NCBI GenBank assembly: GCA_965206595.1
Contig: OZ242214.1
Span: 1,568,001-1,632,000 of the forward strand
From: Candidatus Latescibacterota bacterium
GTDB lineage: Bacteria; Latescibacterota; UBA2968; UBA8231
DNA length: 64,000 nucleotides
Reading direction: 5' to 3'
Positions within the stretch are counted from its first letter, which is position 1; each line of letters starts with the position of its first letter. Shown in pieces: positions 27,797 through 38,165 of this stretch. The position numbers and the translations under genes were made by a program. A model generated the notes under the pieces. That model saw only the letters and a program-made list of their open reading frames with translations, was not told the origin of the DNA and did no database searches.

Positions 27797-28528
27797 ATGG
27801 CAGCGACAGAAGGGCGCCCTGGCAGCGGCGGCGATTCCCTCGGCCTCGCGGCGCGGTTCCTCGACGACCTCGTGGCATTCGAGGGCCCGGACTTCGTTCT
27901 CCCCGCCGGCCTGGGAGATGCGGAACCCCTCCCGGGAGCAACGGGAGGGGAAGCCGGGCAGGCAGGCGCCTCCGCCGTGCTCGACGCCTTCCACTCGGAG
28001 ATCTGCAACTGCACCGCCTGTCCCTTGGGACACTCGCGGCAGAATTTTGTCTTCGGCTCGGGAAATCCCGAAGCCGGCATCATGTTCGTCGGGGAGGCTC
28101 CGGGGGCCGAGGAGGACCGTCAGGGGCTGCCGTTCGTCGGGGAGGCGGGCCGACTGCTGACCCGGATCATCGAGGCGATGCGGATGCGGCGGGAGGACGT
28201 CTACATCTGCAACGTGCTGAAGTGCCGGCCTCCCAACAACCGCGATCCCCTGCCCGAGGAGGTCGACCAGTGCGAGCCGTATTTCAAGCGGCAGATTGAG
28301 ATCGTGCAGCCGCGCATCATCTGCGCCCTCGGTCGCGTCGCCTCGCAGGCGCTGCTCAGGACGACATCTCCGCTCGGGGCGCTGCGCCGCACCCTGCACC
28401 AGTACGAGGGGATTCCCGTGATCGTCACATATCACCCGGCTGCCCTGCTGCGCAATGCCGGTTTCAAAAGGCAGACGTGGGAGGATATCAAGTGGCTCCG
28501 GCGCCAGTACGACGGAGTGGAGCTGTGA
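27797..28528 (+). CDS. udg: Uracil-DNA glycosylase family 4
   Basis: CTACPL, VGEAPGAEED..G.PFVG.AG, KCRPP.NR.P, TYHPAALLR. Confidence 0.92.
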   Translation: MAATEGRPGSGGDSLGLAARFLDDLVAFEGPDFVLPAGLGDAEPLPGATGGEAGQAGASAVLDAFHSEICNCTACPLGHSRQNFVFGSGNPEAGIMFVGEAPGAEEDRQGLPFVGEAGRLLTRIIEAMRMRREDVYICNVLKCRPPNNRDPLPEEVDQCEPYFKRQIEIVQPRIICALGRVASQALLRTTSPLGALRRTLHQYEGIPVIVTYHPAALLRNAGFKRQTWEDIKWLRRQYDGVEL

Positions 28529-28553
28529 CCGTTCCGGAAAGGGGAGAATCGCC

Positions 28554-29939
28554 GTGAACCATGGGAGGCCGGAGAACGGCCGTGGCCTCGACCGCCTGCC
28601 GCCCCAGGCCGTCGACGTCGAGCAGGCGGTCATCGGCGCCATGCTGATCGATCAGCGGGCGGTGGGGCGCGCCATCGAGATTCTCGACGAGGGCTGTTTC
28701 TACCACAATCCCCACGCCAGGATCTTCTCCGCCATGATCTCCCTGTTCGATCGCAGCGAGGTGATCGACCAGCTCACCGTCAGCGAGGAGCTCAAGAAAC
28801 GGGGCGAGTTCGAGGAGGTGGGGGGCCTGGTCTACCTGTCGACCCTGGCGGCCGACGTCGCCACCGCGGCCAACATCGTTCACCACGCAAACATCGTTCT
28901 CGACAGGGGACTGAGCCGCTCCCTGATCGAAACCGCGGCGCTGATTACCGACCGGGCTTTCGAGGGCAGGACCGAAGTGTACGAGCTCCTCGACTGGGCA
29001 GAGCAGCGGATCTTCTCGCTCTCGGAAAGGAGGCATTCGAGCGGCTTCGAGAGCATCGAGAAGGTCCTGCACGACACCTTCGAGCAGATCGAGCAGGCCC
29101 ATAACCGCGACTCCGCGGTCTCCGGGGTCGACACCGGTTTTTCGGATCTCAACGACCTGACATCCGGCCTGCAGGCGGGGGATCTCGTCATCCTCGCGGC
29201 GCGTCCGAGCGTCGGCAAGACGGCGCTGGCCCTGGGCATGGCACGCAACGCCGCAGTCGAGACCGGGAAAGGGGTGGCGATCTTCAGCCTCGAAATGTCC
29301 AAGCAGCAGGTCGCGCAGCGGCTGCTCTGCCTCGAGACCCGGGTCGATCTGCACAAGCTGAGGACCGGCCGCCTGCGCGACGACGACTGGCTTCGCCTGA
29401 CGCGGCAGGTAGGCAAGTTGGCCCAGGCCCCGATCTTCGTCGACGATACCCCGGGCATCACCATTCTCGAGACGCGGGCAAAAGCCCGGCGCCTGAAGCG
29501 CGAGCAGGGCGTCGAACTGATCGTTATAGACTACCTGCAGCTGATGGGAACCCACGTCAACGTCAACAGCCGCGAGCAGGAGGTGGCGCAGATCTCGCGC
29601 GGGTTGAAGGGGCTCGCCAAGGAGCTCGACGTACCTGTGCTCGCCCTGTCGCAGCTGTCGCGGGCACCCGAGGCGCGCACCGGAGGGCGGCCGCAGCTGT
29701 CCGACCTGAGGGAGAGCGGCTCGCTGGAGCAGGACGCCGACGTGGTGATGTTCATCTACCGCTCCGACCTGTACGTCAAATCCGACGAGGCGGGCAGCCA
29801 GGAGGGAACTGCAGAAATCATCATCGGCAAGCAGCGCAACGGTCCCGTCGGCTCGGTAAAGCTGATGTGGGACGAGGGCTGCGCCTCCTTCCAGGACCTC
29901 GCTCCGGAGTTCCGCATAGAGCAGGAGCCGGAATTCTAG
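28554..29939 (+). CDS. dnaB: Replicative DNA helicase
   Basis: PPQA...EQAVIGA, AARPSVGKT, FSLEM, IDYLQLM, LSQLSR, LSDLRESGSLEQDAD, KQRNGP. Confidence 0.97.
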   Translation: MNHGRPENGRGLDRLPPQAVDVEQAVIGAMLIDQRAVGRAIEILDEGCFYHNPHARIFSAMISLFDRSEVIDQLTVSEELKKRGEFEEVGGLVYLSTLAADVATAANIVHHANIVLDRGLSRSLIETAALITDRAFEGRTEVYELLDWAEQRIFSLSERRHSSGFESIEKVLHDTFEQIEQAHNRDSAVSGVDTGFSDLNDLTSGLQAGDLVILAARPSVGKTALALGMARNAAVETGKGVAIFSLEMSKQQVAQRLLCLETRVDLHKLRTGRLRDDDWLRLTRQVGKLAQAPIFVDDTPGITILETRAKARRLKREQGVELIVIDYLQLMGTHVNVNSREQEVAQISRGLKGLAKELDVPVLALSQLSRAPEARTGGRPQLSDLRESGSLEQDADVVMFIYRSDLYVKSDEAGSQEGTAEIIIGKQRNGPVGSVKLMWDEGCASFQDLAPEFRIEQEPEF

Positions 29940-30233
29940 TTCCTGGTGCGTGCTACTTCGCGTGACCTTGGCCCTCAGGGTCCATGTGAACTTGGTCGAA
30001 CGGTTCTTCGGCGAGCTGACGCAGGACGTGATCCGGGACAAAAGCTTTGCCAGCCTCAGAGCGTTGGTGCACGACATCGAGGCCTACTTGGCGGAACGGA
30101 ATCTGGCTGCCAACCCTACCGCTGGAAGGCCGACGGAGAGAAATCCTGCGCAAATCCAGCGCGTCCGGGAGGCCTTGGCGGCGACTTCGGACAGTACTTA
30201 TTAATTCCTTTCAATTATCGGACACCACACTAG
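29936..30233 (+). mobile_element. IS630 family remnant (3' end of transposase plus right IR)
   Basis: NLVERFFGELTQDVIRDKSFASL..IEAYLAERN then frameshifted PYRWKADG; ends in GACACCACACTAG, similar to GACACAACACTAG of the intact IS; CTAG at both ends. Confidence 0.8.
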
Positions 30234-32794
30234 GCCCAGCGCACCAGCCCCATCTCCAGGGGGTTTTGCAGATCGGGGTGGTTGGGCAGCACGCGCAGTG
30301 TGTAGCCGAGGGATCCCGGGGTCGAGCAGCGGTAGTTTCCGGTGAAGGTGTGCCGGTCATCTCCATCGGAGTTCGAGTACTGCAGCGCCGTGGATTCCCC
30401 CTGCACGATCTCCTGACGGGCGTTGACGCGGCCGGCAAACAGCTCGACGCGAACGTCATGCGGTGCCAGGGATCCGAGGCGGACGCTCGCCGAGGCGGAC
30501 GCTCGCCGAGACAGGTATGCTGGCGCCGACTTTCGACCGCTGCGGCGAGTAGGCTTCGACCGCCTCGATCCGCACCTCCGACCAGGCGGAGCGGATCCCG
30601 GCCTTCCACTCACTCAGCCTGGCGATCCGCTCACGGTCGCCGTTGAGCTGTTCCCAGCGTCTGTGGTTGGGCAGGTAGAGATCCTCGAGATACTCACGCA
30701 CCATGCGGTTGGTGTTGTACTGCGGAACGAGCGTCGCCAGCGACTCCTTGATGCGCTCGATCCAGCCGCAGGGGACCCCGTCCAGCGAGCGGGAGTAGAA
30801 CAGGGGGATCACCTCGGTCTCGAGCAGGTCGTAGAGGGCATTCGACTCGACTTCGTCCTGGTAGTCGGTGTCTTCGTACATCTCGCCGCGGCCGATCACC
30901 CATCCGGGACGCAGCTCGCAGGCCTCCTCCCACCAGCCGTCGAGGACGCTGATGTTCAGGGTGCCGTTGATCGCCGCCTTCATGCCGCTGGTGCCGCTGG
31001 CTTCCTGGGGTCGTCTCGGGTTGTTGAGCCAGACGTCGCATCCCTGGACCATGAAGCGGGCGATGTTGATGTCGTAGTCCTCGAGGAAGAACAGGCGCCC
31101 GGCGAACGGTTCCTGGCGCGACAGGGCCACAATGTCGCGGATCAGCTCCTTGCCGGCGTGGTCGTGGGGATGGGCCTTGCCGGCGAACAACACCTGCAGC
31201 GGCTGCCGCTCGTTCTCCATCAGGGCCGCGAGGCGGTCGGGGTTTCTCAGCAGCAGGGTGCCGCGCTTGTAGGTGGCGAAGCGGCGGGCGAAACCCAGGG
31301 TGAAGACGCTGTCGTCCAGCCTCTGCAGGGATCGCTCCGCCCTACCCGGGGGGACGCCCTGGCGCCGGAACTGGCTGCGCAGGTGGCGGCGGGCGAAGTC
31401 GAGCAGGCGCTGGCGGCGGACCTGGCGGATCTGCCACAGCTCTCTGTCGGGCACCCGGCGAACCGCTTCCATGTCCTTTCCGCAGTCGGGGGAGAAGCGC
31501 CAGGCAGACCCCACCTCGCGGTCGAGCAGCTCAGCCATCTGCGGGGACGCCCATGTCTGGCTGTGCACCCCGTTGGCAATCGCCGCGATCGGTACCTCGG
31601 AAGGGGCGAGGTCGGGCCCACAGGTGATCCCACATCGACCGGGCCACCTCTCCGTGAAGCCTGCTGACGCCGTTGGCCTGGGCGGACAGCCTCAGTGCGA
31701 GCACGGTCATGCAGAAATCGCTGTCCTGGTCCCCGGGGTCGACGCGGCCGAGCCCGAGGAGCTGCTCCCGGGTGAGGCCGAGATTCTCTCGGTAGCCGCC
31801 GAGCCAGGCCTCCACCAAGTCCGGAGGGAACCAGTCGTTCCCCGCGGCGACCGGGGTATGCGTGGTGAAGACGTTGCCGGCAACGGTGGCCTCGCGCGCC
31901 TTCTCGAAGTCCAAACCCTGTTCCGCCATCATCGAGCGGATGCGCTCCAGCGCCTGGAATGCGGAATGCCCCTCGTTCATGTGACAGATTCCGGGGTTGA
32001 CTCCCAGTGCCTGCAGGGCCCGGATTCCGCCGATTCCCAGAAGCATCTCCTGCCTTATGCGCATTTCGCGGTCGCGCCGTACAGAACCGCGGTGATTTCG
32101 CGGTCGTGCGGTTCCTTGCGTTCGAGGTTGGTGTCGAGCAGGAAGAGGGGGACGCGGCCGACGTCGGCGCGCCATATCCGGGCGGCTACGAAACCGTGGG
32201 GGTAGGGGACCTCGACGGTCAGGGCGGCCCCCGAGGAGTCGAGGACCGGTTGGACCGGAAGGCGATCGAAGTCGTTCTCGGGATAGGTCTCGAGCTGCCA
32301 GCCGTCAGGGTTGAGCGTCTGCCGGAAGTACCCCTGGCGATACAGGAGGCCGACCCCGACCAGGGGGAGGCCGAGGTTGCTCGCCGACTTCAAGTGGTCC
32401 CCGGCGAGCACCCCGAGGCCCCCCGAATAGATCGGCAGGGATCTGGCGATTCCGAATTCCAGCGAGAAATAGGCGATCTGCAAACCGTTCTCACCGCACG
32501 TCTCGTCGAACCAGGTCTTTCTCGACACGTACTCCTCGAACTCGGGGTCAGTCTGGCGATGCGGGCCGTGAGTTCGCCGTTTGCCTCGGTCGCGGCCAGA
32601 CGGTCCGGGCTCAACGAGGCGAGAAAGCGCAGGGGGTTGCGTCCCGACTCGAACCAGGCCTCGGGGTCGATGTCGAAGAACAGCTCGAGAACCTCCGTGC
32701 TCCAGCTCCACCAGAGGTTGTAGCTGAGGTCCCACAGAGGGGCAAGCGGCGCCGGCAGATCGGGGATTACGTGAATGGTGGCAAGAGGTTTCAT
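30230..32794 (-). pseudogene. glgP: Alpha-glucan (glycogen) phosphorylase, multiply frameshifted
   Basis: NLWWSW, AYFSLEFG, YSGGLGVLAGDHLKSAS, HMNEGH, FTTHTPV, GFARRFATYKR, EASGTSGMK; indels near 32550, 32065 and 31618 plus a 16-bp duplication. Confidence 0.88.
30474..30510. repeat. 16-bp tandem duplication inside glgP
   Basis: CCGAGGCGGACGCTCG x2 followed by CCGAG. Confidence 0.85.
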
Positions 32795-33030
32795 CGCAGC
32801 TTTCACGAGGGCGGTTCGGGTGTTTGCGGCAAGAAAGGGGCGGCCTTCGGTTTGTGTCAATTTTGCCGCCGCGGACAGTGCCGCTGCCGATTGCGGGTTA
32901 TATTTTCCCCCGCCCACCCCACTGCCGGGGCAGCCCGTGACGAGGGCGCGTTCGACGTTCGCCAGGGGTTGCCTGCCTTCGGGCTAGCGAACGCGGCAGT
33001 CGGCTCCCTTGCCAGCGAAAGTGTGTTCCC

Positions 33031-34026
33031 ATGCCCGACCGTCCGGAAGTAATCCTCAGCGGTTTCGCCGACGAAGGCCCCGAAGACAAGAAGGCCGAGG
33101 CGCAGCTGACCATGCTGGCCGCCCTCGGGATGAGCTACTACAGCTTGCGCTGGATCGATGCCGGACAGGGGGTCAAGAACGTCATGCAGCTGACGCGCCC
33201 GGAGATCGGCAGCCTGCGGAAGCTGCACGCACGCTACGGAGTTCGCGTCTCCTCCATCGGCTCACCTATCGGCAAGGTGAAGCTCCTCGATCGCGAGGAC
33301 GGCTCGGGCAACCAGTACGTGCCGTTCCGCCGCTACCTGAAAGAAGACGTCGCCCGCGCCATCGATCTCGCCGAAGAGTTCGAGACCAGGCTGATAAGGG
33401 GATTCTCCTTCTACCATCCCCGCGGCGACGACCCTGCCGGGTACGTAGATGCCGCGGCCGAGAGGCTGGGGGAGATCGCCGCGCTCTGCCAGCGCCGCGG
33501 CGTCTTCTTCGGACTGGAGGTGGAAGCGAATCTCGTCGGGCAGTCCGGACATCTGCTGCGCGCCCTTCACCGCAAGGTGAAGAATCCCCACCTGTTGCTG
33601 ATCTTCGATGGCGGCAACCTGTCGAGTCAGAACCTGACCGCGGTCGAGACCTTCCAACAGTACCGGGCGATGCGAAACGGCATCGGCTGGCTGCACGTGA
33701 AGGACTACAAAATCGATCCCTCCCTGGAGTGGAAGGGGTTCGTCGACGAGGAGCGCCTGGAAAACTTCGTCCCCGCGGACCGCGGGGACTCGGGGCACGA
33801 GGCGATCCTGCTCGATTTCAGGAACCGCATCCCCGCTCTCGACAGAAAGCTCAGGCGCCTCGGGGTCCCAGGAGTCTTCCTCGACCTCGAGCCCCATCTC
33901 CGGGGTGGAGGGCAGTTCGGGGGTTACAGCGGCGTCGACGGGTTCGGCGTCGCCCTGCGCAGCCTTACGCGGCTTCTCGATTACGTCGGTATCGGCTACC
34001 GTCTGACTGCCTACGAAGATCTGTAG
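33031..34026 (+). CDS. Sugar phosphate isomerase/epimerase (xylose isomerase-like TIM barrel)
   Basis: LSGFADE, SSIGSPIGK, IRGFSFY, LEVE, IFDGGN, LHVKD, LEPHL. Confidence 0.85.
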   Translation: MPDRPEVILSGFADEGPEDKKAEAQLTMLAALGMSYYSLRWIDAGQGVKNVMQLTRPEIGSLRKLHARYGVRVSSIGSPIGKVKLLDREDGSGNQYVPFRRYLKEDVARAIDLAEEFETRLIRGFSFYHPRGDDPAGYVDAAAERLGEIAALCQRRGVFFGLEVEANLVGQSGHLLRALHRKVKNPHLLLIFDGGNLSSQNLTAVETFQQYRAMRNGIGWLHVKDYKIDPSLEWKGFVDEERLENFVPADRGDSGHEAILLDFRNRIPALDRKLRRLGVPGVFLDLEPHLRGGGQFGGYSGVDGFGVALRSLTRLLDYVGIGYRLTAYEDL

Positions 34027-34168
34027 CCCGCCGCAGGGGCCCCGCGCAGCCTGACGCGCGATTCTCGACTGCGCCGGATTTCAGCTCGCTGCCTTTGCCT
34101 GCGAACGCGGCAGCCCCACCAGTCCTGTCCGGGTATCGATCGGGACCTTTGCGACGGCCCTGCAGGCA

Positions 34169-35398
34169 CTAGCGCCCCGAGGCGAGCAGTTTCTCGTGCT
34201 CCCTGGCAAAGCCGCGGCTGCCGTCGTCCTCTATGACTTCCAGGCCGACGCCGCGCTCGAACCCTGGGATGCTGCCCTTGTAGAAGGCCTGCTGGTATTG
34301 CGATTCGTCGGTGAAATCCAGGGTGCGCCTGCCGCCACCGGCCCCTGGCCAGCTGATCCGCAGAATGCGCTTACGCTCCCGGTACTGGCTCGTCGGAATC
34401 GGCGCCCCGGGATCGACGCGATAGCGCTCGATGGCGGACTCGTCGACATCGACCCCCAGCCCGGGGGCGTCCGAAACTGCCGCGTACCCGTCGACGATCT
34501 TGAGACGTTCGCTCAGCAGGTCGTGCTCCCAGAGCTCGCTGCAGGTTATGTAGGGCAGTTGCGCGTGCGACAGGGTCGAGCCGAGCTGCACGGCGAAGGC
34601 GGTGGTCAGTCCGGTTCCGACCAGCTGCAGCCAGAACGGCTTGTTGAAGCTCGCCGCCAGGGCGTTCTGCGTCCGGCAACCGGAGATGCCCCCGCCGACG
34701 ACGAAGCCGTCGCTGCAGTGGGCGTGAAGCACCTCTTCGCGGAAGTGCTCGACGATCGGTTTGCGCACGCGCTCGCGCAGGATGCGGGCGCCGGTGGGGT
34801 CGTTGGCGAGGTAGAAGGGGCTTTCGTACATGCCGACGTTGGCTGCCTCGTCGAGGCGTTGCAGCATCACTTCAGCGCGCGCCGGATTGAGCAGAAAGCC
34901 GTTGAAATCGATATCGAACCTGTAATCCGCCGGCACCACCTCGCTCACGGTTTCCACCTGCTCGACGATGTCCCACCAGGGCCGCGCCTTCATCTTGAAG
35001 CAGGTGTATCCCCGGGCTACCGACTCCTTCGCCTCCAGGGTCCAGTCCGCCGGGGACATGTCGATGTCCCACCAGGAAACCGGGCAGCGGTCCCGGAGCC
35101 TGGTGCCGATCAGGGCGTGGGCAGGGGTTCCGGTGGCGCCGCCCACGGCATCGACCACCGCCATCTGCAGTCCCTGCCCAAGGCCGTCGTCCTGCATGAC
35201 CGCCAGCGGGTTGGCTCCGTTCAGGCGTCCGAGGTCGCCGCCGCCGCCGTCTCCGTAGCCGACGCTGCCGTCGTCGAGCTCCACCCGGTAGACGTGCACC
35301 CGCTCGTTATGGGTCAACGCCCTCTGCATGGCGCGGGTTACGTGTTCGGCATAGAATGGGATGTTGAGAACGATTTCTTCCGCTCGCGCGATTTTCAT
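34169..35398 (-). CDS. Mandelate racemase/muconate lactonizing enzyme family protein
   Basis: GYGD, FKMKAR, IDFN, YESP, PIVEH, DAPGLGVDVDE. Confidence 0.85.
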   Translation of the reverse strand: MKIARAEEIVLNIPFYAEHVTRAMQRALTHNERVHVYRVELDDGSVGYGDGGGGDLGRLNGANPLAVMQDDGLGQGLQMAVVDAVGGATGTPAHALIGTRLRDRCPVSWWDIDMSPADWTLEAKESVARGYTCFKMKARPWWDIVEQVETVSEVVPADYRFDIDFNGFLLNPARAEVMLQRLDEAANVGMYESPFYLANDPTGARILRERVRKPIVEHFREEVLHAHCSDGFVVGGGISGCRTQNALAASFNKPFWLQLVGTGLTTAFAVQLGSTLSHAQLPYITCSELWEHDLLSERLKIVDGYAAVSDAPGLGVDVDESAIERYRVDPGAPIPTSQYRERKRILRISWPGAGGGRRTLDFTDESQYQQAFYKGSIPGFERGVGLEVIEDDGSRGFAREHEKLLASGR

Positions 35399-35417
35399 GA
35401 CTCGAAGCCTCTCTGGA

Positions 35418-36920
35418 ATGGTGCCGCAAGTGAGCCCCAAGTATACGGAGTTCCTGCGCCTCGCCCGAGAATTGACCGGTTTCGCCCACGCCCGCGCCCT
35501 GCTGAGCTGGGACCAGGAGACCTGCATGCCGCGGCGGGGCGCCGCTGAGCGGGCGCGCAGCATCGGCCTCCTCGCCGGGCTGTATCACGAGAAGCTGACC
35601 TCGGCTCCCCTCGTCGACCTCGTGGGAGAGCTGTCGGGGGATTCCCTCGAAGCGGACGCCGCAGCCAACCTGCGCCTGGTCGAGCGCGAGCAGGACCGGG
35701 CCCTGAAGATCCCGCGGCAGCTCGTCGTCGAGCTCTCGGAGACGCAGGCTCGCGCTCACGAGGCCTGGGTCGAGGCGCGGCAAAAATCCGAGTTCGGAAT
35801 GTTCGCCCCCTGGCTGACCCGGATTCTCGAGCTGCAGGGGATGGTCGCAGACTTGGTCGGGCACGAGGGCTCGATCTACAACGCCTTCCTTAACGAGTAC
35901 GAGCCGCAGGCGCGGGTCGAGGAGGTCGCGCCCCTGCTCGGAGAACTGCGCGACCGGCTGCTGCCTCTGGTCGAGGCGATCCTGGCAAAGGGGAGACCAA
36001 GGCCGGACCTGCTCGACCGCGATTTCCCGCCCGAAGCCCAGGAGGAGTTCGGGCGCGAGGTCCTGGCCGCTCTCGGTTTCGACCTGGAGGCGGGCAGGCT
36101 CGACGTCTCCGTTCACCCTTTCTGCTCCGCTCTGGCTCCGACCGACGTCCGCCTGACGACGCGCTACAGCTCCTGCGCCCTTGCCGAGTCCCTGTTCGGT
36201 ATCATCCACGAATGCGGCCACGGGCTGTACGAGCAGGGCCTGCCGCAGGAGGCGATGGGAACGCCCCTCTGCCAGGCCGTCTCCCTCGGCATCCACGAGT
36301 CGCAGTCGCGCCTGTGGGAGAACATGATCGGGCGCAGCCGCGAGTTCTGGGAGCATTACCTGCCGAAGCTGAAGAGCCGCTTCCCCCGGCAGCTCGAGGC
36401 CGTGGGACTCGAGCAGTTCTACGCCGCGGTCAATCACGTCGAGGCGACCCCTGTCCGGGTCGAGGCGGACGAGGTGACCTACAACCTGCACATCCTCCTC
36501 CGTTTCGAGCTGGAGCAGCAGCTGGTCGGCGGAGAGTTCGCCGTGGCCGAGCTGCCGGAGCGCTGGAACGACCGCATGGAAGATTTTCTCGGCATCCGTC
36601 CCGAAAACGACGCCGTCGGCGTGCTCCAGGACATCCACTGGTCTTCCGGAGCGATCGGTTATTTCCCGACCTACTCGCTGGGCAACCTGTACGCAGCCCA
36701 GTTCTTCGATTGCGCCCGCCGCCAGATGCCCGGCCTGATGCAGGACGTGCGCCGCGGGGAGTTCGCCGGACTGCTGGGCTGGCTGCGCGACAACATCCAT
36801 TCCCGGGGGTCCCGGCTCACCGCGGGGGAGCTGGTCGCAGAGGTCGCAGGCGAGCCACTGTCGACCGCTCCCCTGATCGCATACCTGGAAACCAAGTACG
36901 GGGAGCTGTACTCGCTCTGA
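35418..36920 (+). CDS. Carboxypeptidase, family M32
   Basis: WDQETCMP, HPFC, DVRLTTRY, HECGHGLYEQG, HESQS, QDIHW, GYFPTYSLG. Confidence 0.95.
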   Translation: MVPQVSPKYTEFLRLARELTGFAHARALLSWDQETCMPRRGAAERARSIGLLAGLYHEKLTSAPLVDLVGELSGDSLEADAAANLRLVEREQDRALKIPRQLVVELSETQARAHEAWVEARQKSEFGMFAPWLTRILELQGMVADLVGHEGSIYNAFLNEYEPQARVEEVAPLLGELRDRLLPLVEAILAKGRPRPDLLDRDFPPEAQEEFGREVLAALGFDLEAGRLDVSVHPFCSALAPTDVRLTTRYSSCALAESLFGIIHECGHGLYEQGLPQEAMGTPLCQAVSLGIHESQSRLWENMIGRSREFWEHYLPKLKSRFPRQLEAVGLEQFYAAVNHVEATPVRVEADEVTYNLHILLRFELEQQLVGGEFAVAELPERWNDRMEDFLGIRPENDAVGVLQDIHWSSGAIGYFPTYSLGNLYAAQFFDCARRQMPGLMQDVRRGEFAGLLGWLRDNIHSRGSRLTAGELVAEVAGEPLSTAPLIAYLETKYGELYSL

Positions 36921-37128
36921 ACCGCGGGGCGGGCTGCTTTTTGCAGCAGAGAAGGGCAGCAGCCGGGCACCCCCTGTTCCGGTTGTAGCCTTACCCCCCG
37001 ATGCCGGGAGACTGCAGAGCGGCAAGCCCGGGCACGAGTGTCTCGGGACACTCAGGCTCCATGGTCCCCCTGGCGAGGCGTCGATTGCCCGGAGAGACCG
37101 GGGGCAAGCAGGAACCGGCAGCGACCGG

Positions 37129-38151
37129 TCACCCGATGACAGCTGAGAGCAGGCGCAGGTGGTTTCCGCCCAGAATGCCTGCCAGAGCCTCCTCTCCGTA
37201 CCGGCGCTCGACGAGTCCGGCGGTTATGCGCGGGAAATCCGCGGCGCTCTCCAGCAGTGTGCCGCCGCCGTCGAAATCCGACCCGAGCCCGACCGCACCG
37301 GAACCTGCCACGGAGACGGCGTGCTCGATGTGGTCGAGCAGGTGGGACAGGCCGGGGTTCTCCCCGGCGAGAAACTGGGGCACGAAGGTCAGGCCGACGA
37401 CGCCCCCCATTTCGCCGAGGGCGCGGAGCTGATCGTCGGTCAGGTTGCGCGGATGCCCGCAGAGCCTGCGGCAGCAGCTGTGGGAAGCAACCACCGGGTC
37501 GCTCGACAGCTCGAGAACGTCCCGGAACCCGGCGTCGTTCAGGTGCGACACGTCGATCAGCATACCGCACTGGTTCATCGCGGCGACCACCTCGCGGCCG
37601 AACCCGGTGAGGCCGCCGCCCCCGACAACCTCGCAGCCGTCCCCGGCGTGGGAGCGCGTGCTGTGGGTCAGTGTCATGGTGCGCACGCCGATGTCGTACA
37701 GGGAGTCGATGATCTGTACGCTGCGCTGCAGGGCGTCGCTGTTCTCCACGGCGAGCAGCGCGGCGATCCTGCCCCGTTCCCTGGCCGCGGTGATGGCCCC
37801 GGCGGTGAGGGCAAGCTCGATGTCGTCGCCGTGAGAGGCGATCTCCCGCTTGAGCCAGGCCAGCCCGTCGAGGGCGTAGAGGAGGTAATTGTCCCAGGCG
37901 TTGGTGACGTCGACGGCGAAAAAGGCGGCATCGATGCCGCCCTTGCGCATCCGGGGTATATCGACCTGCAACGGGGAGACGGCAGGGTCGATCTGCTCCC
38001 GCAGGTGGCGAATGGCGCCGCCGCTACGGCTGCGTTCAGCGGACGGCTCTCCCGCCAGTCCGATGTTGCCGCGGCGGATATGGCCGACGGTGCTGTCGTT
38101 GTGCGAATCCACGACGAGGCATTCTCGATGTATTTCACCGGCATCGATCAT
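37129..38151 (-). CDS. Membrane dipeptidase, family M19
   Basis: DSHND, GLTGFGREVV, IDVSH, ASHS, HPRNLTD, GLGSDFDG, GGNHLR. Confidence 0.92.
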   Translation of the reverse strand: MIDAGEIHRECLVVDSHNDSTVGHIRRGNIGLAGEPSAERSRSGGAIRHLREQIDPAVSPLQVDIPRMRKGGIDAAFFAVDVTNAWDNYLLYALDGLAWLKREIASHGDDIELALTAGAITAARERGRIAALLAVENSDALQRSVQIIDSLYDIGVRTMTLTHSTRSHAGDGCEVVGGGGLTGFGREVVAAMNQCGMLIDVSHLNDAGFRDVLELSSDPVVASHSCCRRLCGHPRNLTDDQLRALGEMGGVVGLTFVPQFLAGENPGLSHLLDHIEHAVSVAGSGAVGLGSDFDGGGTLLESAADFPRITAGLVERRYGEEALAGILGGNHLRLLSAVIG

Positions 38152-38165
38152 CTTTGGTCTCCCGG

